DNA of 52,709 bases, counting the filler, from Dirinaria sp. TL-2023a (lineage: Eukaryota), in NCBI GenBank assembly GCA_051941275.1. It is 3 parts of 3 records of this genome, joined end to end, with 100 filler letters (N's around TTAATTAATTAA, not from the genome) between each part and the next. Parts side by side here need not be neighbours in the genome. Positions count along the whole stretch, not along the records: positions 17,663 to 35,166 come from JAVEBF010000427.1; positions 35,267 to 52,709 come from JAVEBF010000428.1; 1 more part is not named here. One strand, written 5' to 3'. The position numbers were made by a program, and so were the translations under genes. Below, one piece after another: positions 23,801-35,725 of this stretch. Under the pieces are notes generated by a model that was not told the origin of the DNA, searched no databases, and saw nothing but the letters and a program-made list of their open reading frames with translations. Within the stretch, counting starts at the first letter, position 1. Each line of letters begins with the position of its first letter.

Positions 23801-24540
23801 GCTCTCTGCACTTATGTACACCTTTTTGCTCAGGGGAATCGACTACAAAAATGGCTATGTTAACATCATGCGAAGATTTCAAAGACATGAAAGCTGGCTT
23901 ACATTGGCTTGGTGGAACAGGTCAAGAGCTTCCTGCTGCTTCTCAGGAGCTATGCTGGGCACGATAGTTGCCCAGCTTCCGCTCGATCTTTCGATTTGGT
24001 TCGAGCGGCGACGGACTTCCATGCCCAAGCGCAACGCCACACGAACGATATCAGGGGCTAGCCGAAGGAGTTGGCTAGTAGATGTCGTGACAGCCAGCGC
24101 GGCAGCTGGCAGCATACCGGTGCACAATCCCACCAAGTACGTCGTTGACAGTGAGTGTCCTTCGAAGATGGGCTCATTGTTTTCTTCTCGTCTGGAAAGC
24201 CGCCAAAACGTTAGCCCAGGGAAGAGAAAAACCAGAGCGGCACGTACGTCAACAGCAGACCTAGCTGGTATACGCAAAGTAGCACTGTGGAAACAGCCTC
24301 ATCGGGCTTGTCGCTCTGTGTGTATGCCTCGACCAAGGCCGGGATAGAATCGAAGGAGGGGAAGCTCGAACGGTCAGCAGGCTCTGCGAGAGCTAGTTCC
24401 CGGCGAAGGGCGTCGGAGGTCCTCTCGAAGAAAGCTCGAAGGACCGATGATTCGGTTGAGCCTCGACATAGTTGTTTCATGAGAGGGCATGGGTCCACCG
24501 TCTGGTCTCCGAAGAGGACCACTCTGCTGTGAGGGGCCAT
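17875..24540 (-). CDS. Non-reducing PKS SAT-KS-AT-PT-ACP-ACP-TE, orcinol depside synthase type (PKS16/OrsA group), about 2112 aa; exons 24540-24248, 24191-23903, 23842-23222, 23170-22226, 22173-21964, 21914-17976, 17916-17875
   Basis: SAT VLFGDQT and GLCTG; KS DAACSSS, EMHGTGT and GHAEA; AT GHSLGEY and AFHS; PT GHIVNG..CPS and WIDT; two ACPs LGVDSLL and [15 protein letters not shown] and GNHFSI; no C-methyltransferase domain. Six GT-AG introns keep the frame. The N-terminus resembles Cladonia PKS16 as recalled. Confidence 0.9.
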
Positions 24541-25317
24541 CACGTATAGGAATCGAGACCTACGATGCTCTACCAAACCGAACGTAGAGGATCGCGGATA
24601 CGCTTTATATCTTCAAAGAGGTTGAGTCCCCATCCCCAGATTCGGCGAATCAGTAGCCATTGGTCGGACGCCCCGAAAGGGAAAGCTCTGCCTTAGCTCT
24701 GTGACGCATGGCTGGCCGGTATGCCGTGCCATTTTTGAAGTGGCCGGGGCCATGGCTGTTGGAGACGAGCATGCACACCAGGGATGACATCGTACCCGTG
24801 CACGGTGCGGAAGAGTAAGCATTTAGTTTTGAAGATCACTAATGCTGGTGGGCTGATGGTTACAGATGATGCGAAGTTGCAACAGCAGCCACGCGAGAAC
24901 CACGGCCATGTCGGGGGGTCCGCTGGCGATCTTTTTTTCACCCGCTCATTGGCGACGGTCCTCAGAGAGGATGCCCGTTCTTGCAGGGAGCGTCTCTTGG
25001 GCCATTCCATAGCGTACCTGATAAAAGGATCTCTTCAAGGATGGGCCGATGAATGTGGAGGCTTAGCAAAGGAAAATCCCGAGAACATGAAAGCTACCAC
25101 CGAGACTCGACTTGCAGGATTGGTGGGGGTGAGTGAAGTATTGAACTGGTACGTACATGCATGCAATGATCAGTGACAGTCCCAAGTATTTGCCTTTAGT
25201 GAACCTTCTCTTACATTAGGCTTATTAGGCTTGATTAGTGACTCAGTGAGAGGTTGAAGAATACGCGCAGATATGTGACCAGGGTCCAAAGTTTCAGGGG
25301 TTCAGAGCGCAGGGTTG

Positions 25318-25398
25318 AAGGTAAGGTAAGGTAGGGCCTACCTATTCCTCGAGAGCTAGGTAAGGTACCTTAGGTAAGAGCCTGCCTACCTTAAGGTA
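25318..25398. repeat. Cluster of TAAGG/CCTTA pentamer units with palindromes TAAGGTACCTTA (25361-25372) and TACCTTAAGGTA (25387-25398)
   Basis: Read directly; similar clusters occur in other promoters of the window. Confidence 0.7.
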
Positions 25399-28322
25399 TT
25401 CGTACAGTACGGTATCATACAAAAAAACTTTTCATTGGGTCTTGGCGGCCGATATTCGGGCCTTTCCGTTCCGAGTGCTTTCGGTGCTTCCGCAAGCGTC
25501 CTTAGCGTCTCATTCATTGGCCATGATTTTTTCATCAGCGCCTGCAACCTCAAAGACGAAATGCACATACACTGCACTACCACACAATAAAGCAGTTCCT
25601 GTACCCTCCATGGGTGGACTTACCTTACCTGGGCCAGGCTGACACCATCTTGCGTGGCAATCTTGATTACCTCGGTTGTTCCATGCTATCTAATCGATCT
25701 TACACACTTGGTCTGACTCCACTCGACCACGCACCGAACACGAGGGACTGCGCGGTGAGAAAAGAGGGAAGAAAAGAATAATAATAATATTTTTGGACTA
25801 GCGATACAATAAGCTGACTGATAATGACTCCACGAACATGATGTGTCCTCCGCCTCCGGCACCCCAGTCTTCATGGGAGAACGTCAGCGGTACGCGGTAA
25901 CGAAGTATCTTTACCGCAATTACGATACCTTAGCGCTGCAAAACTATACCGCCTGAAGAGAGCTCGTTATCACCACTGTCCACATCCATCTTCTTGGACA
26001 AGGTAGTCGTACGATAATTGGAATCCTCGAGATTCGCAAAACTAACTGGAACAAATTAAGGCGCAAGTAGCGAAACTTTGGTGACCAACATCGCATACAG
26101 CTGAGTCTCGTCGCCCGACACAGTAGGAGAATGAGGAGAGTCTGTTGTCACGACCGGCACCGACTAAGTGACTGTTCATGAGCCTTGCGGATCGCAGGCT
26201 GAGTTCAGTCGGCACTTCCATTGGCCGTGTGGATGCAGGTAACCCATTCTTGCATACACGCTGTACATCAAGTCATGCAGATCATTGGCACGCCATAAAC
26301 TCCAACCTGAGGAACCGTCGGTTTTCATCATGTTTCACTATCCTTCACCGACTCCGTATGAAAAGCTGAAGGATTGCAGAACGGCAGCTTCAACGGTTTG
26401 GATCCTGCACATCGGCGCTTTCGACGACAGTTGCCTAGCCGTGCTTAGATGACTCCTTGCGGCGAAAGCGCGCTCACCTCACGATCGCAGCGCGCCGAAT
26501 GAGGGTTCAGCGTGACGCCGATGCATCAGCCTACCTCAGCCAGTAGGAAGGATCACCGTCCTGCCGTTGTAAGGGTGTTCCTCGACAGACCTCCAGGACC
26601 ATCCAATTGGTGTGGCAATCGTGGTATACATGGATGACGTGAGAATCGAAGGGAGTCAGTAAGCCACCTGGGAGCCGCTCAACCAAAGCCACAACTCCAC
26701 CCATGGAACAGCAAGAGATAGCGTGGCATGTGAATGCTGCTCCTTCGGATACCTTAGGTATGTAGCAATATCCACATCATCGCTCTATTCTCGTTTTGCC
26801 ATGTCAAATGTAGTATAAGCTCCGGAGACACGTAACACTACTACTTGTAAATGAGAAAGCTTCAGGCCAAACTCAGATTCCGGGCCCAATGAACGGCCTA
26901 CAATGTGCGGAGCAGGTCATCCTTTGATGCTGTGTGTCGGCGACTATGCTTGGATGTGATGAACCTTACTTACCTTCGCGTATGCTTTAGTAAGGCTAAC
27001 ATATGATTACATCAACAAACTAAACGAGATGTCATACGTACCGTAGCAGTGGTTCAGTCAATACTAGATAGAGGGCCAAAATTTACCTCGTTCGATGCAT
27101 GTATGAAATACTATTGGATTAAGGAACGGGATTTTTGAGGTAGCCGGTTTCGCTTTTCGAGGCACCTCCAGTAAGGTATCTTAGGTATGGCGCGATGTTT
27201 ACACTAAACTTCCGTCCTTGTGAGATCGAGAATATACTAATCCCTTTACCATATAAGGTAGTCTATCCCTAAAATCCGGGACCCCTGCAATCTTGCATTG
27301 CTAGTGCATGATCAACCTGAAACTGAACTCCGACGGTGGGAAGCACGAAGAGCGCCGCCAGAAAGCCACAAAGTGAGAAGAAGTGATTCAGAGGCTTACG
27401 GACCGCGGAAAGCGAACGAGGTTGGGGCCGGAAGACCACGGATGCTGCCGGACTTAGCGTGGGCATCGTAAGGCCAACAAGGGGGGCTATTTCTTTCTGG
27501 AACTCTAAATTCTAAGATGAATAGCCGCAATGCTTATCAACGGTACTGTTCATCGTAAGCAAGTAAGTTTACATTCCTTTGTACGTGGCCTTGATTATTC
27601 CTGCCACTTCCCTACCTGATTGCGTGCTATCATCGATAACTTGTAGTGAGTCAGGATTCACTATTGTGATCACTTTGCATTGCTGGTTCCCTTGATTGGA
27701 GGCTTTCTTCTTCTTTCGTCTATGGCAAGGTTGACGAGTTGCGCGATCGGCGATGGTTGAGAGATTGCTGCCAGGCAGCCACGTACGTACAGCTCAAAAT
27801 CCCCCACAGCATAATCCTTCAAGGCGTTCCAAAGTATCCAGGGTATCAGCCTGAGCTATCAGACCCGAGCTTAAGTAATCCCGATCATACCAGACAAAGG
27901 CTGCTGTGGAGCCTTTAGATCCTCACCGCACCTTGCTCTCGGGGTTCGGACACTTTATGGATGCTAGTCTGTGCTCTGCAGCCTTGTGGCGCCTAAATGG
28001 AAGCGATCTCCGTTTTTTTTAGTGATACGCACTCGTATTATGCCTCAAGCGCATGGTCTGATCTTGCATTCGCTCGTGGTCAGCAGTCTTACCTTGCAGG
28101 ACCCTGCTTCTTGGTGCTGACCTTGCCTTCTCCCAAGAACGGCCTGGACCCTCCCTTATCATCAAGCCTCGCGCTCTATTGCTGGAATCAATACGCATAG
28201 CTGTTTGGCAAAAGCTTTATCCCTCTCTACCCCATCTTCTTAGTAGGGACCGGCCATCGACCAAAAAGATCTGAAATCTTTACCTTGGAACTGAGTCTGT
28301 CTTCTTTTGAGCCCCCTACAAG

Positions 28323-30324
28323 ATGCTGAGCGCTCTTCAATTTGGCGCCTTCACGTTTCTTCTACCCGTGTTGTTGACGGCTCTGTATGGAGCCGGGTTG
28401 GCCTTTTATCGTCTGTTTTTGAGTCCTCTTGCCAAATTTCCTGGGCCAAAACTTGCAGCCTTGACGCGAAAGTACGAGTCGTACTACGAGGCCGTTCGAA
28501 ATTACGAGTATCTTTGGAAAATCAAGAAACTCCACCAACAGTATGGTGAGTGATCCAAGCTGCGTCTTGCCCTTCCTGGATACGGATGGCGCCTTGACCT
28601 TTGGAATATAGGCCCCATCATTCGTATCAATCCTCACGAGATTCACATCGATGATCCCGACTTTTTCGACAAACTCAACAGTTTTCAAGGAAAGTGGAAC
28701 AAGGACCCTTTCACGGCTCATCAGTTTGCAAACCCTCACTCCATAGTCGGGACCATTGAACACGACATACACCGAAAGAGGCGAATGGCCATCCTTCCAT
28801 TTTTTTCCAAACAGAAGATTTACGCACTAGAACCAGTGATAAAATCCACCGTTGACAACCTCTGCGATAAACTGGAGAACTACGTCGAAAGTGGCCGTCC
28901 TCTAAACCTCCGTCACGCATACCAATGTTTTGCAGCTGATGTTGTTGCTGAATACTGTTTCGCAGAAAGTGGAGCTCTTCTCGATCAACCTAACTTCGCG
29001 AGCTCCCACTGGAATGAGCATCAGAAGGGGCTAAAAGTTGGACTCAAAGCCAGATACCTGCCATCATGGTATATTCCAGTTGTACGAGGGGCACCTGGAT
29101 GGATTCGGGCCACTGTTGAGCCAGCGGCTAGAAGCTTCGAGTCGTGGCATCGGGTGAGTCCATGATCCTTACCCAAATGTCGAATTCGATACTGATGGGT
29201 ATTTTAGGATGTCGATGGACCGGTTCGGCGTATGGAAGAAAAAAAGGATCTAGAGTTTTTCGAAAAGGCTGGCCACCGTACCATCTTTCACGAACTTCTT
29301 AACAGCGATGTCCTCCCTCCGGCTGAGAAGGGAACAATCCGGATCATCCAAGAGGCGGGTGCTATGGTTGGAGCTGGTGGGGAAAGCACAACGCAAGTTC
29401 TCACAGCATTAACCTTTTGTCTATTGGCCAATCCAGATAAGCTGGCAAAGCTTCGAGAGGAGCTCCGCAAAGTGATGCCAGACTCCAATTCCCCAATGCC
29501 GACTCTGAAGCAGCTAGAGCCGCTCCCATACTTGGTAAGCAATCTTTAAATCTCTATCAGCAGTGGCAATACGAGGCTAGAGCTTACCAGACATTTCACA
29601 GAGCGGCTGTGTCAGGGAAGGGTTGAGGTACGTGTGAAATCAAGCCCTAAAGGTTATTGGAAGTCGTTGACGATCTTCGAGACTTCGTACAGGAAAAATA
29701 GCGCGGCATCAACGCGTCCCACGTGATCAATCCCTTTTTTACAAAGATTGGGAAATCCCAGCCGGGGTAGGTTTTTTCTTTACGGCGCCTCTGCCTCCTA
29801 TTATTGCACGCCCCATCAGTTATAGCTTTCTAGCTTAAGGCCTTTCTGATTTTATGAAGACCGTCTAACAGCTTGCAGACTATCGTTAGCATGACACCGA
29901 TCTTCTCGCACATTGACCCAAACATCTTCCCAGACCCACACCGTTTCCTGCCTGAGCGATGGCTCAACCTTGAGCCAAGTGAGAGCCAAAGACTCGAGCG
30001 TTATTTTGTTCCATACTCTAGAGGAACACGCCAATGTGCGGGACTGAAGTGAGAGACCCAGGATGGCCATTATCGCATTTATTTCTTCCCTTTTTCTCTA
30101 GCCACTTATTTTCTGTTTCCAACCACAAAGCAGTGTCTGACCAAAATCACAGTCTCGCGAACGCCGAAATTTATATGGCCATACCCGCCGTTCTTTCCCG
30201 GTTCGATCTCGAATTATTTGAGTCGGACGAGTGGGATGCCGATATGGCGGTCGACTCTCACCATCATGCTGCACGCCACGGATCGCCTGGAGTCCAGGTC
30301 TATGCCCGTAAATCTACATTTTAG
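28323..30324 (+). CDS. Cytochrome P450, CYP682-like candidate depside-to-depsidone coupling enzyme, about 514 aa; exons 28323-28545, 28612-29153, 29208-29534, 29602-29627, 29682-29766, 29879-30048, 30153-30324
   Basis: N-terminal anchor then PLAKFPGPKLAA, YGPIIRINPHE, I-helix AGGEST, ExxR (EGLR), PERW and heme motif YSRGTRQCAG. Divergent from the NR-PKS. Confidence 0.88.
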
Positions 30325-33300
30325 AATACTTCACAGTGTATGTATCACAGCATTCCGGCAAATCAAGATGCAAGAGACCTTTCCGTAGAGCTACATAGGA
30401 GATTAGATCAAGCAGACTTATAGAAACTTTAGAGTCTTTCTTGGTTCTTTCGTTGCATTCGCAATTTTTTGCCATCAATGCAGCTCTATGATTGCTCCCA
30501 TAAATACAAACCCATGAGGTTTGACAAAAATATCAACAAATAGTAAGCCTCAGCCTACGCAGCCGAGATCACTTCGGATGACGCATTGGGTTGACAAAGA
30601 AGACTAGAAAAGGAAGAAAGGGGGAGAAAAATACAGTTTGATGATCAAAACCCTCAAAATAGACGATAAGGTAAAGTAGGGGGGTTGCACCAAAAAGCGG
30701 CTGCCTTTTTCCTGCTGCAGAGCCATCTGAGATACATGAGCACGAGCTGAACTCACCCCATGGTGGCATCATTAGTCACGCTGCATGGAGTTGCATGCAG
30801 TCATGTTTGCTCAACGAAAATTCATCGGAGCAGCGTGATCCTACCTGACTCAGACCTTTAAATCCTATACCAACTTCATAGACGTTGGCTGCGACATCCA
30901 CTCACACAGTTCTTATTTCTCCATCCTTCTCCCTAATCTATCAACTTGACCCATATCTTGCTGATATCGTAACAGGGATCATGGGTTCTGAAGGTAAATT
31001 GCGGACCGGAGTAACTTGGGAGCGGAGTACGCGGCAGGGCTGATTCGATCTGGAAAGGGAGAGAGGCATGCATGATGGATCGTCGCTGAAGTATCGTACG
31101 TGTATAGGGCTGAAAACGAGGGCCATTTCGCGTCCTGTTAGGTAAAAGGGGTTGGGTTGTAGAGAGCTCAGGTCGAGATTGTGTTGCTGCTGAGGATTGT
31201 CGGGTTGTCGTTAAAAGAAAGGTTTTCAAGATACGCTAACCTCATTTAGGTTCTGAGGGGTTTCCCGTTCATTCTCTGCCGCTAAGCTGGGCTTTCTCTG
31301 GGACACCCAGAGACAACACCACCTCTTAGTAAGTAATTCACACTTAGCTTCTAAGGTATCTTCATATTATGACTCAATAAATCCTTCTCAATCAGGGTCT
31401 AGATGTAATGTTGTAAGGTTGTAGGATATTCAGATAGGTATAACAATATCATGTACTTTAGGTCAAGTGCATGCACAGAGTCCGTACCTTTACGAGTATC
31501 AAGGCAGAAAAGTCGAGGGCAAATTCGAGGCTGGCTGTCTTTGCCTTTGGCGCCAAGGATCGACAAGATTTGCATCGCCGCCACTATCATCAACACGGAT
31601 GCCTCAAAAACAATGCTCTGCAACGACGGCTATTTGGGATTCGAGCCCAGAGCCCATCTCTAATCGAGCACGAAGCAACAATCGATATTGCGTGAATGGA
31701 GCAGATCAATTTCTTTGGGTGTTACGCCTCTTGCAGGAGAGAAAGCCTGGACTATCATGACCAAAACGATGTTCAGGACGAGAAAGATCATATCGGTCTT
31801 CCATCAGAGACAGACGTGATACGTACGATCATGAGATTGAAGGTTTGATCACTGGCCTCGAATAGAGCTGCAGAATGCTTTGGGTGCCAGCGAAGCATTA
31901 TTTCAGGATTGAAGACGTAGAAAGCGCTGGAACAGATCACAGCGGATGCTTGAATGAACGCATAGTGTCAAGATTACGAAACTCACAACAGATGGAAAAT
32001 ATCCCGTGAGCAAGGAAGAACGCTAAAAATGTTTTTGCCTTGATGAGAGTGGTGTTCTTATGGAGAGCTCCGGCACAGAATGATAATGTTAATGGCAGTG
32101 ATTTTAAAAAAGTAGCAGATAATATAGCAGACAGCAAATACCGAAAACCGCGATCTCGCAAAAGATTGGCTTACGAAGGTCCATCTAATCGATAATCGAG
32201 GGAGAAAACGGAAATGAAGATGAATACGCCGTAGGTATCTATCTGCAAGAATCACATGCTAACCTAGAGAGTATCTCATAACTCATGGCCCCAAGTGTAG
32301 CAAGTAATTTCGGCATAAATAAGACCTAAGGTTTGTCACTCTCCTCATCTATATTGCTCTTACAGCCTACTCATCAATTCATTGATGCCGTTAAGCTGTT
32401 AAGGAGCTTGTAACCTTTCTTCATCATCACTATACGACTTATATCTGATCAGCGTGGTCGTACTGACATTTTGCGAATACGAAGCGACGACTGATCCTCA
32501 GAAGACTAGTATGCTTCACAGTTCCTTAATTTCTTGAGGTCATTCGTCTGAGCAAGAGCTAAAACCACGTCTATCGAGTGCTTATGACTCACGACGTCTG
32601 TGTCCGCCGCAGATACTTGTTTGTCGCAAACTTACGCGAAGATATCAACTATCTCTGAGTGTTCGCAATCTATTTCGCTTTACTACTCCGAAGACGCACT
32701 GTACTACTCTAATCTCTGCTTGGTTAAACATCCAGGGAACTCTGATAACAGGTAATTTTAGATGTATCACATATTGCAGCTCGCCGCAATGGCTGTCTCT
32801 ACCAAATGACTTACTACCAACGAAGACGACTTGAGAGATCAAGAATGACGCTAACGGGTCTCACGATTGTGATGAAGCGTGCTCACATTTGGAGATTTGG
32901 CGTGTGCATGTGTGTGTTGGGAAACCTTGGCACCTCAAACTCATCCCTCCCCTACATGCGCAGTCTACAGGTAACCTTTTTTATAAGGAATCCCACTACA
33001 GCTTGTCCAGAATCAACAATTCCTCTTCATCTATCAAATATATATCCTTCGATCTTTTGCTGTCTCGAACCTCGATGTATGCGTTTCTCTGAGGCGAAGA
33101 AGCAAGATTTCAGTAAAGTAACGTTTTCACGATGTGTCGCTAAGTCAATTCTTCGTGAAAAGGTCCTTGTGAAATCGTTAAATGGTTAAGTACTTAAGAG
33201 AAGCTAGAAAAAGGAGACAACTTTAACAATCTTAATCCTGAAGCATCGATTTGAGGAAGAAGACGTTGATAAACGACAATAAGTAGTAATGATTGCGCAT

Positions 33301-34353
33301 GTAGAGAAGAGAGAGAACTTTGAGATATCAAGGTTTCGCAGCATACATGCACACGCCAAATCTATCGAAGCATTATGGACATACAATAGTGCTGTCTATT
33401 CTTTGAAAAAACAAGACAAGGTGTCTTTGATCTGAAAGGCTCAGAAGTAGCAAGCCCTTAAAGGTGTACCCGCCTCAGCATACAGAAATGGTGTCCAGAC
33501 TACAATATTTTCAATTGAGCGATTGGAGTTGCTTGTGCAAGATGCTGTCGAAAGGTGAGATACTCTACTGGCATGTACTGGCACCTTGCTGACTTGGAAC
33601 TTCAACAATCCTCTAATGCGTTGGAGTTCTCAGGATCGCACGCTCTACTATTGCCTGGTACAATTTTGATGGGAAGTGCCTACAACTCAATTCTCCCTCG
33701 TCAAGTGCAAGCTCAATTCGGGCCGCCAAATCAGGGACGCACGTGGAATAACTCGTTCAGCTGCTTTCCCTTATCAGCCTAGCCAGCAGGAGCTACAAAG
33801 ATGTCCCTAATTGGAAGCGTGCCTTGATGAAATGTTCCGCATTCAACCAGCCTGTTGCGTTAGGTCTCCCGAGGAATGCAGTAGGCCATAGCGCAGCCCG
33901 CCATAGTCCTGCCAAGGTCACTGCCACCGTCCTCTTCTACGACCTCCCTCGAGATAAGGCTTCTTTTAATGAGCGCTTGATATTTATTGTGAGCGTTGGC
34001 TTCCGGACGGGGAACACAGGTCGCTCGAGTGACAGAAGAAGAATTCTGAAGAATTCCATACTGCGCCTTAGCCCAAGTAACTGAGCTTGTGTTAAGAGAA
34101 CTCTAGCCTATTGAGAGTCATGTATCGACAAATGCGGCGCTGTTCATGGGATTTGAATAAGTGCTTAAAGAAGAGGAGTGGTAGATGGAATACAGTGAAC
34201 GATAAAATGACAACGCTGAGGACTTGTTGGTAAAGTGAGCATTGTGCGTTTGTACTTAAGTCGCTGTACAGAGTGAGCCACCTACACCGGCGCTGAACCC
34301 CCCCACCTGACCGTATTTAACGTGTCAGGTCGATCTATATACTGCGCAATCTA

Positions 34354-35166
34354 TTACAGCTCTTTCTTCCATTTTTCCGTCCCCTTTTTGTACAACACTT
34401 TAAGCCCGAACATTCTTGTCATGATCCAATCCCAGAACCCACTGTTCACTCCTAAAATCGACCACACCCTCGCCACCAATGTCGCATTCCCACCAGCCCA
34501 GATCGTCCGCCGCTTCCATATCCAGCCATCGCCCGCTAATACCTTCGACACTACCTCCCGCACATACTCCCGGCTGTCCATACCGACCTCTTGACTGTGC
34601 TTCTGCCGCCTCTGAAACTGCCTTTCCATCGGCTTATACAAACTCCCTGGACCCTCTGGCAGAGCGCGCTCAGTCCGCGCAATATTGCTCTTTACACCCC
34701 CCGTCACTACGGTGATAACATTCACCCCGAACGGAGCGAGTTCCACCCGCAGCGTATCTGAATAGGAATGCAAAGCCGCTTTCGAGGCGTTGTATACCGA
34801 GCCGAACACGTAGGGGATCACGCCTGCCACAGACCCGATTTGCACAATTGTGCCTCGTGATCGGATCAGGAGTGGGGTGAAGGTCGCACAGATATGCATG
34901 ACGGCGAAGACGTTTGTCCGGAAGGTAGCTTCGATCTCGGACAGAGTGGTGTGCAAGGCGGGCATCGTGTAGTCTAACAAAATCGCGCACATTAGCTTTC
35001 CTTTACTTCCCTTGATTAGGCTCCTGTCAGGCTCCCACTCATTGTCCCTAAGACACTACACGGGCACAACACAGCGACATTCTCCTCAACTCCGTGTTGA
35101 GTAATTGGATGAGCAAGGAAAAAAAAAGCAGAGCTCACGTACTTCTCCCCGCATTATTCACCAGAT
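34354..35166 (-). CDS. Short-chain dehydrogenase, Ayr1-like 1-acyl-DHAP reductase, 5'-truncated by the spacer; exons 35166-35143 (partial), 34973-34354
   Basis: Spliced LVNNAGRNYTMPAL...IGSVAG..PYVFGSVYNASKAALHSYSDTLRVELAPFGV (NNAG and YxxxK). The Rossmann TGxxxGIG N-terminus is missing at the gap. Confidence 0.8.
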
Positions 35167-35266
35167 NNNNNNNNNNNNNNNNNNNNNNNNNNNNNNNNNN
35201 NNNNNNNNNNTTAATTAATTAANNNNNNNNNNNNNNNNNNNNNNNNNNNNNNNNNNNNNNNNNNNN
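35167..35266. other. Artificial contig/scaffold spacer (44 N + TTAATTAATTAA + 44 N)
   Basis: Same 100-nt layout as 17563-17662; it interrupts the SDR gene. Confidence 0.95.
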
Positions 35267-35725
35267 GGAGGGAGGGAGGCCGGCAAGTATACCCGTGGCA
35301 AATCGGAAATGTGCTGAGGCTGTTTGGGCCGGCTAGTGTGCATATGTATATGCATGATTCCAGCAAAGAATGGAAATCCAGGTATGGAGAAATTGGCAGG
35401 AGCCGGAGGAGTGGAGAGAGCGCGATGCAGCAGTGCAGAGCAAGCAAGGCATGGAACGTGGGATGCCGGCGCGTGCGAATTCTCCCTCTTCTTGGCTTTT
35501 GCAATGCTGTCATGGCTTCTGCGGACTGGTGTATAATCCTTTCGGGTGTTGCGCGCTCGCTCGCTCGGCTTCTTGTGGGAGCCATCTGTCGCTCGTTTCA
35601 CTCACCTTGTGTGCAACTGAAACCTCAGTTACTCTTCGTGGCGCTCGTCTACGCTCTTCTGGGATACATATAAGACATTGTATATGCCCGCCGCTTTTAT
35701 GCAGATCTGCTTGATCATACACCCT

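Noticed and set aside
1255..24347. Numerous short antisense or alternative-frame ORFs overlapping the two PKS genes
   Set aside because: Shadow ORFs of long GC-balanced coding sequence with no motifs of their own.
25318..25398. Telomeric repeat remnants
   Set aside because: The units are TAAGG, not the typical fungal TTAGGG, and are short and scattered through promoters.
1031..30324. A single hybrid supercluster with two PKSs (for example the decarboxylase or cyclase acting on orsellinate from the NR-PKS)
   Set aside because: The two parts are separated by an unrelated UBC gene and an artificial spacer, and the TCTCGGCCG element was seen only in the MSAS part.
30400..34300. Additional tailoring gene (such as an O-methyltransferase) or transposon downstream of the P450
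   Set aside because: Only short ORFs with no recognisable motifs, terminal repeats or consistent splice models.
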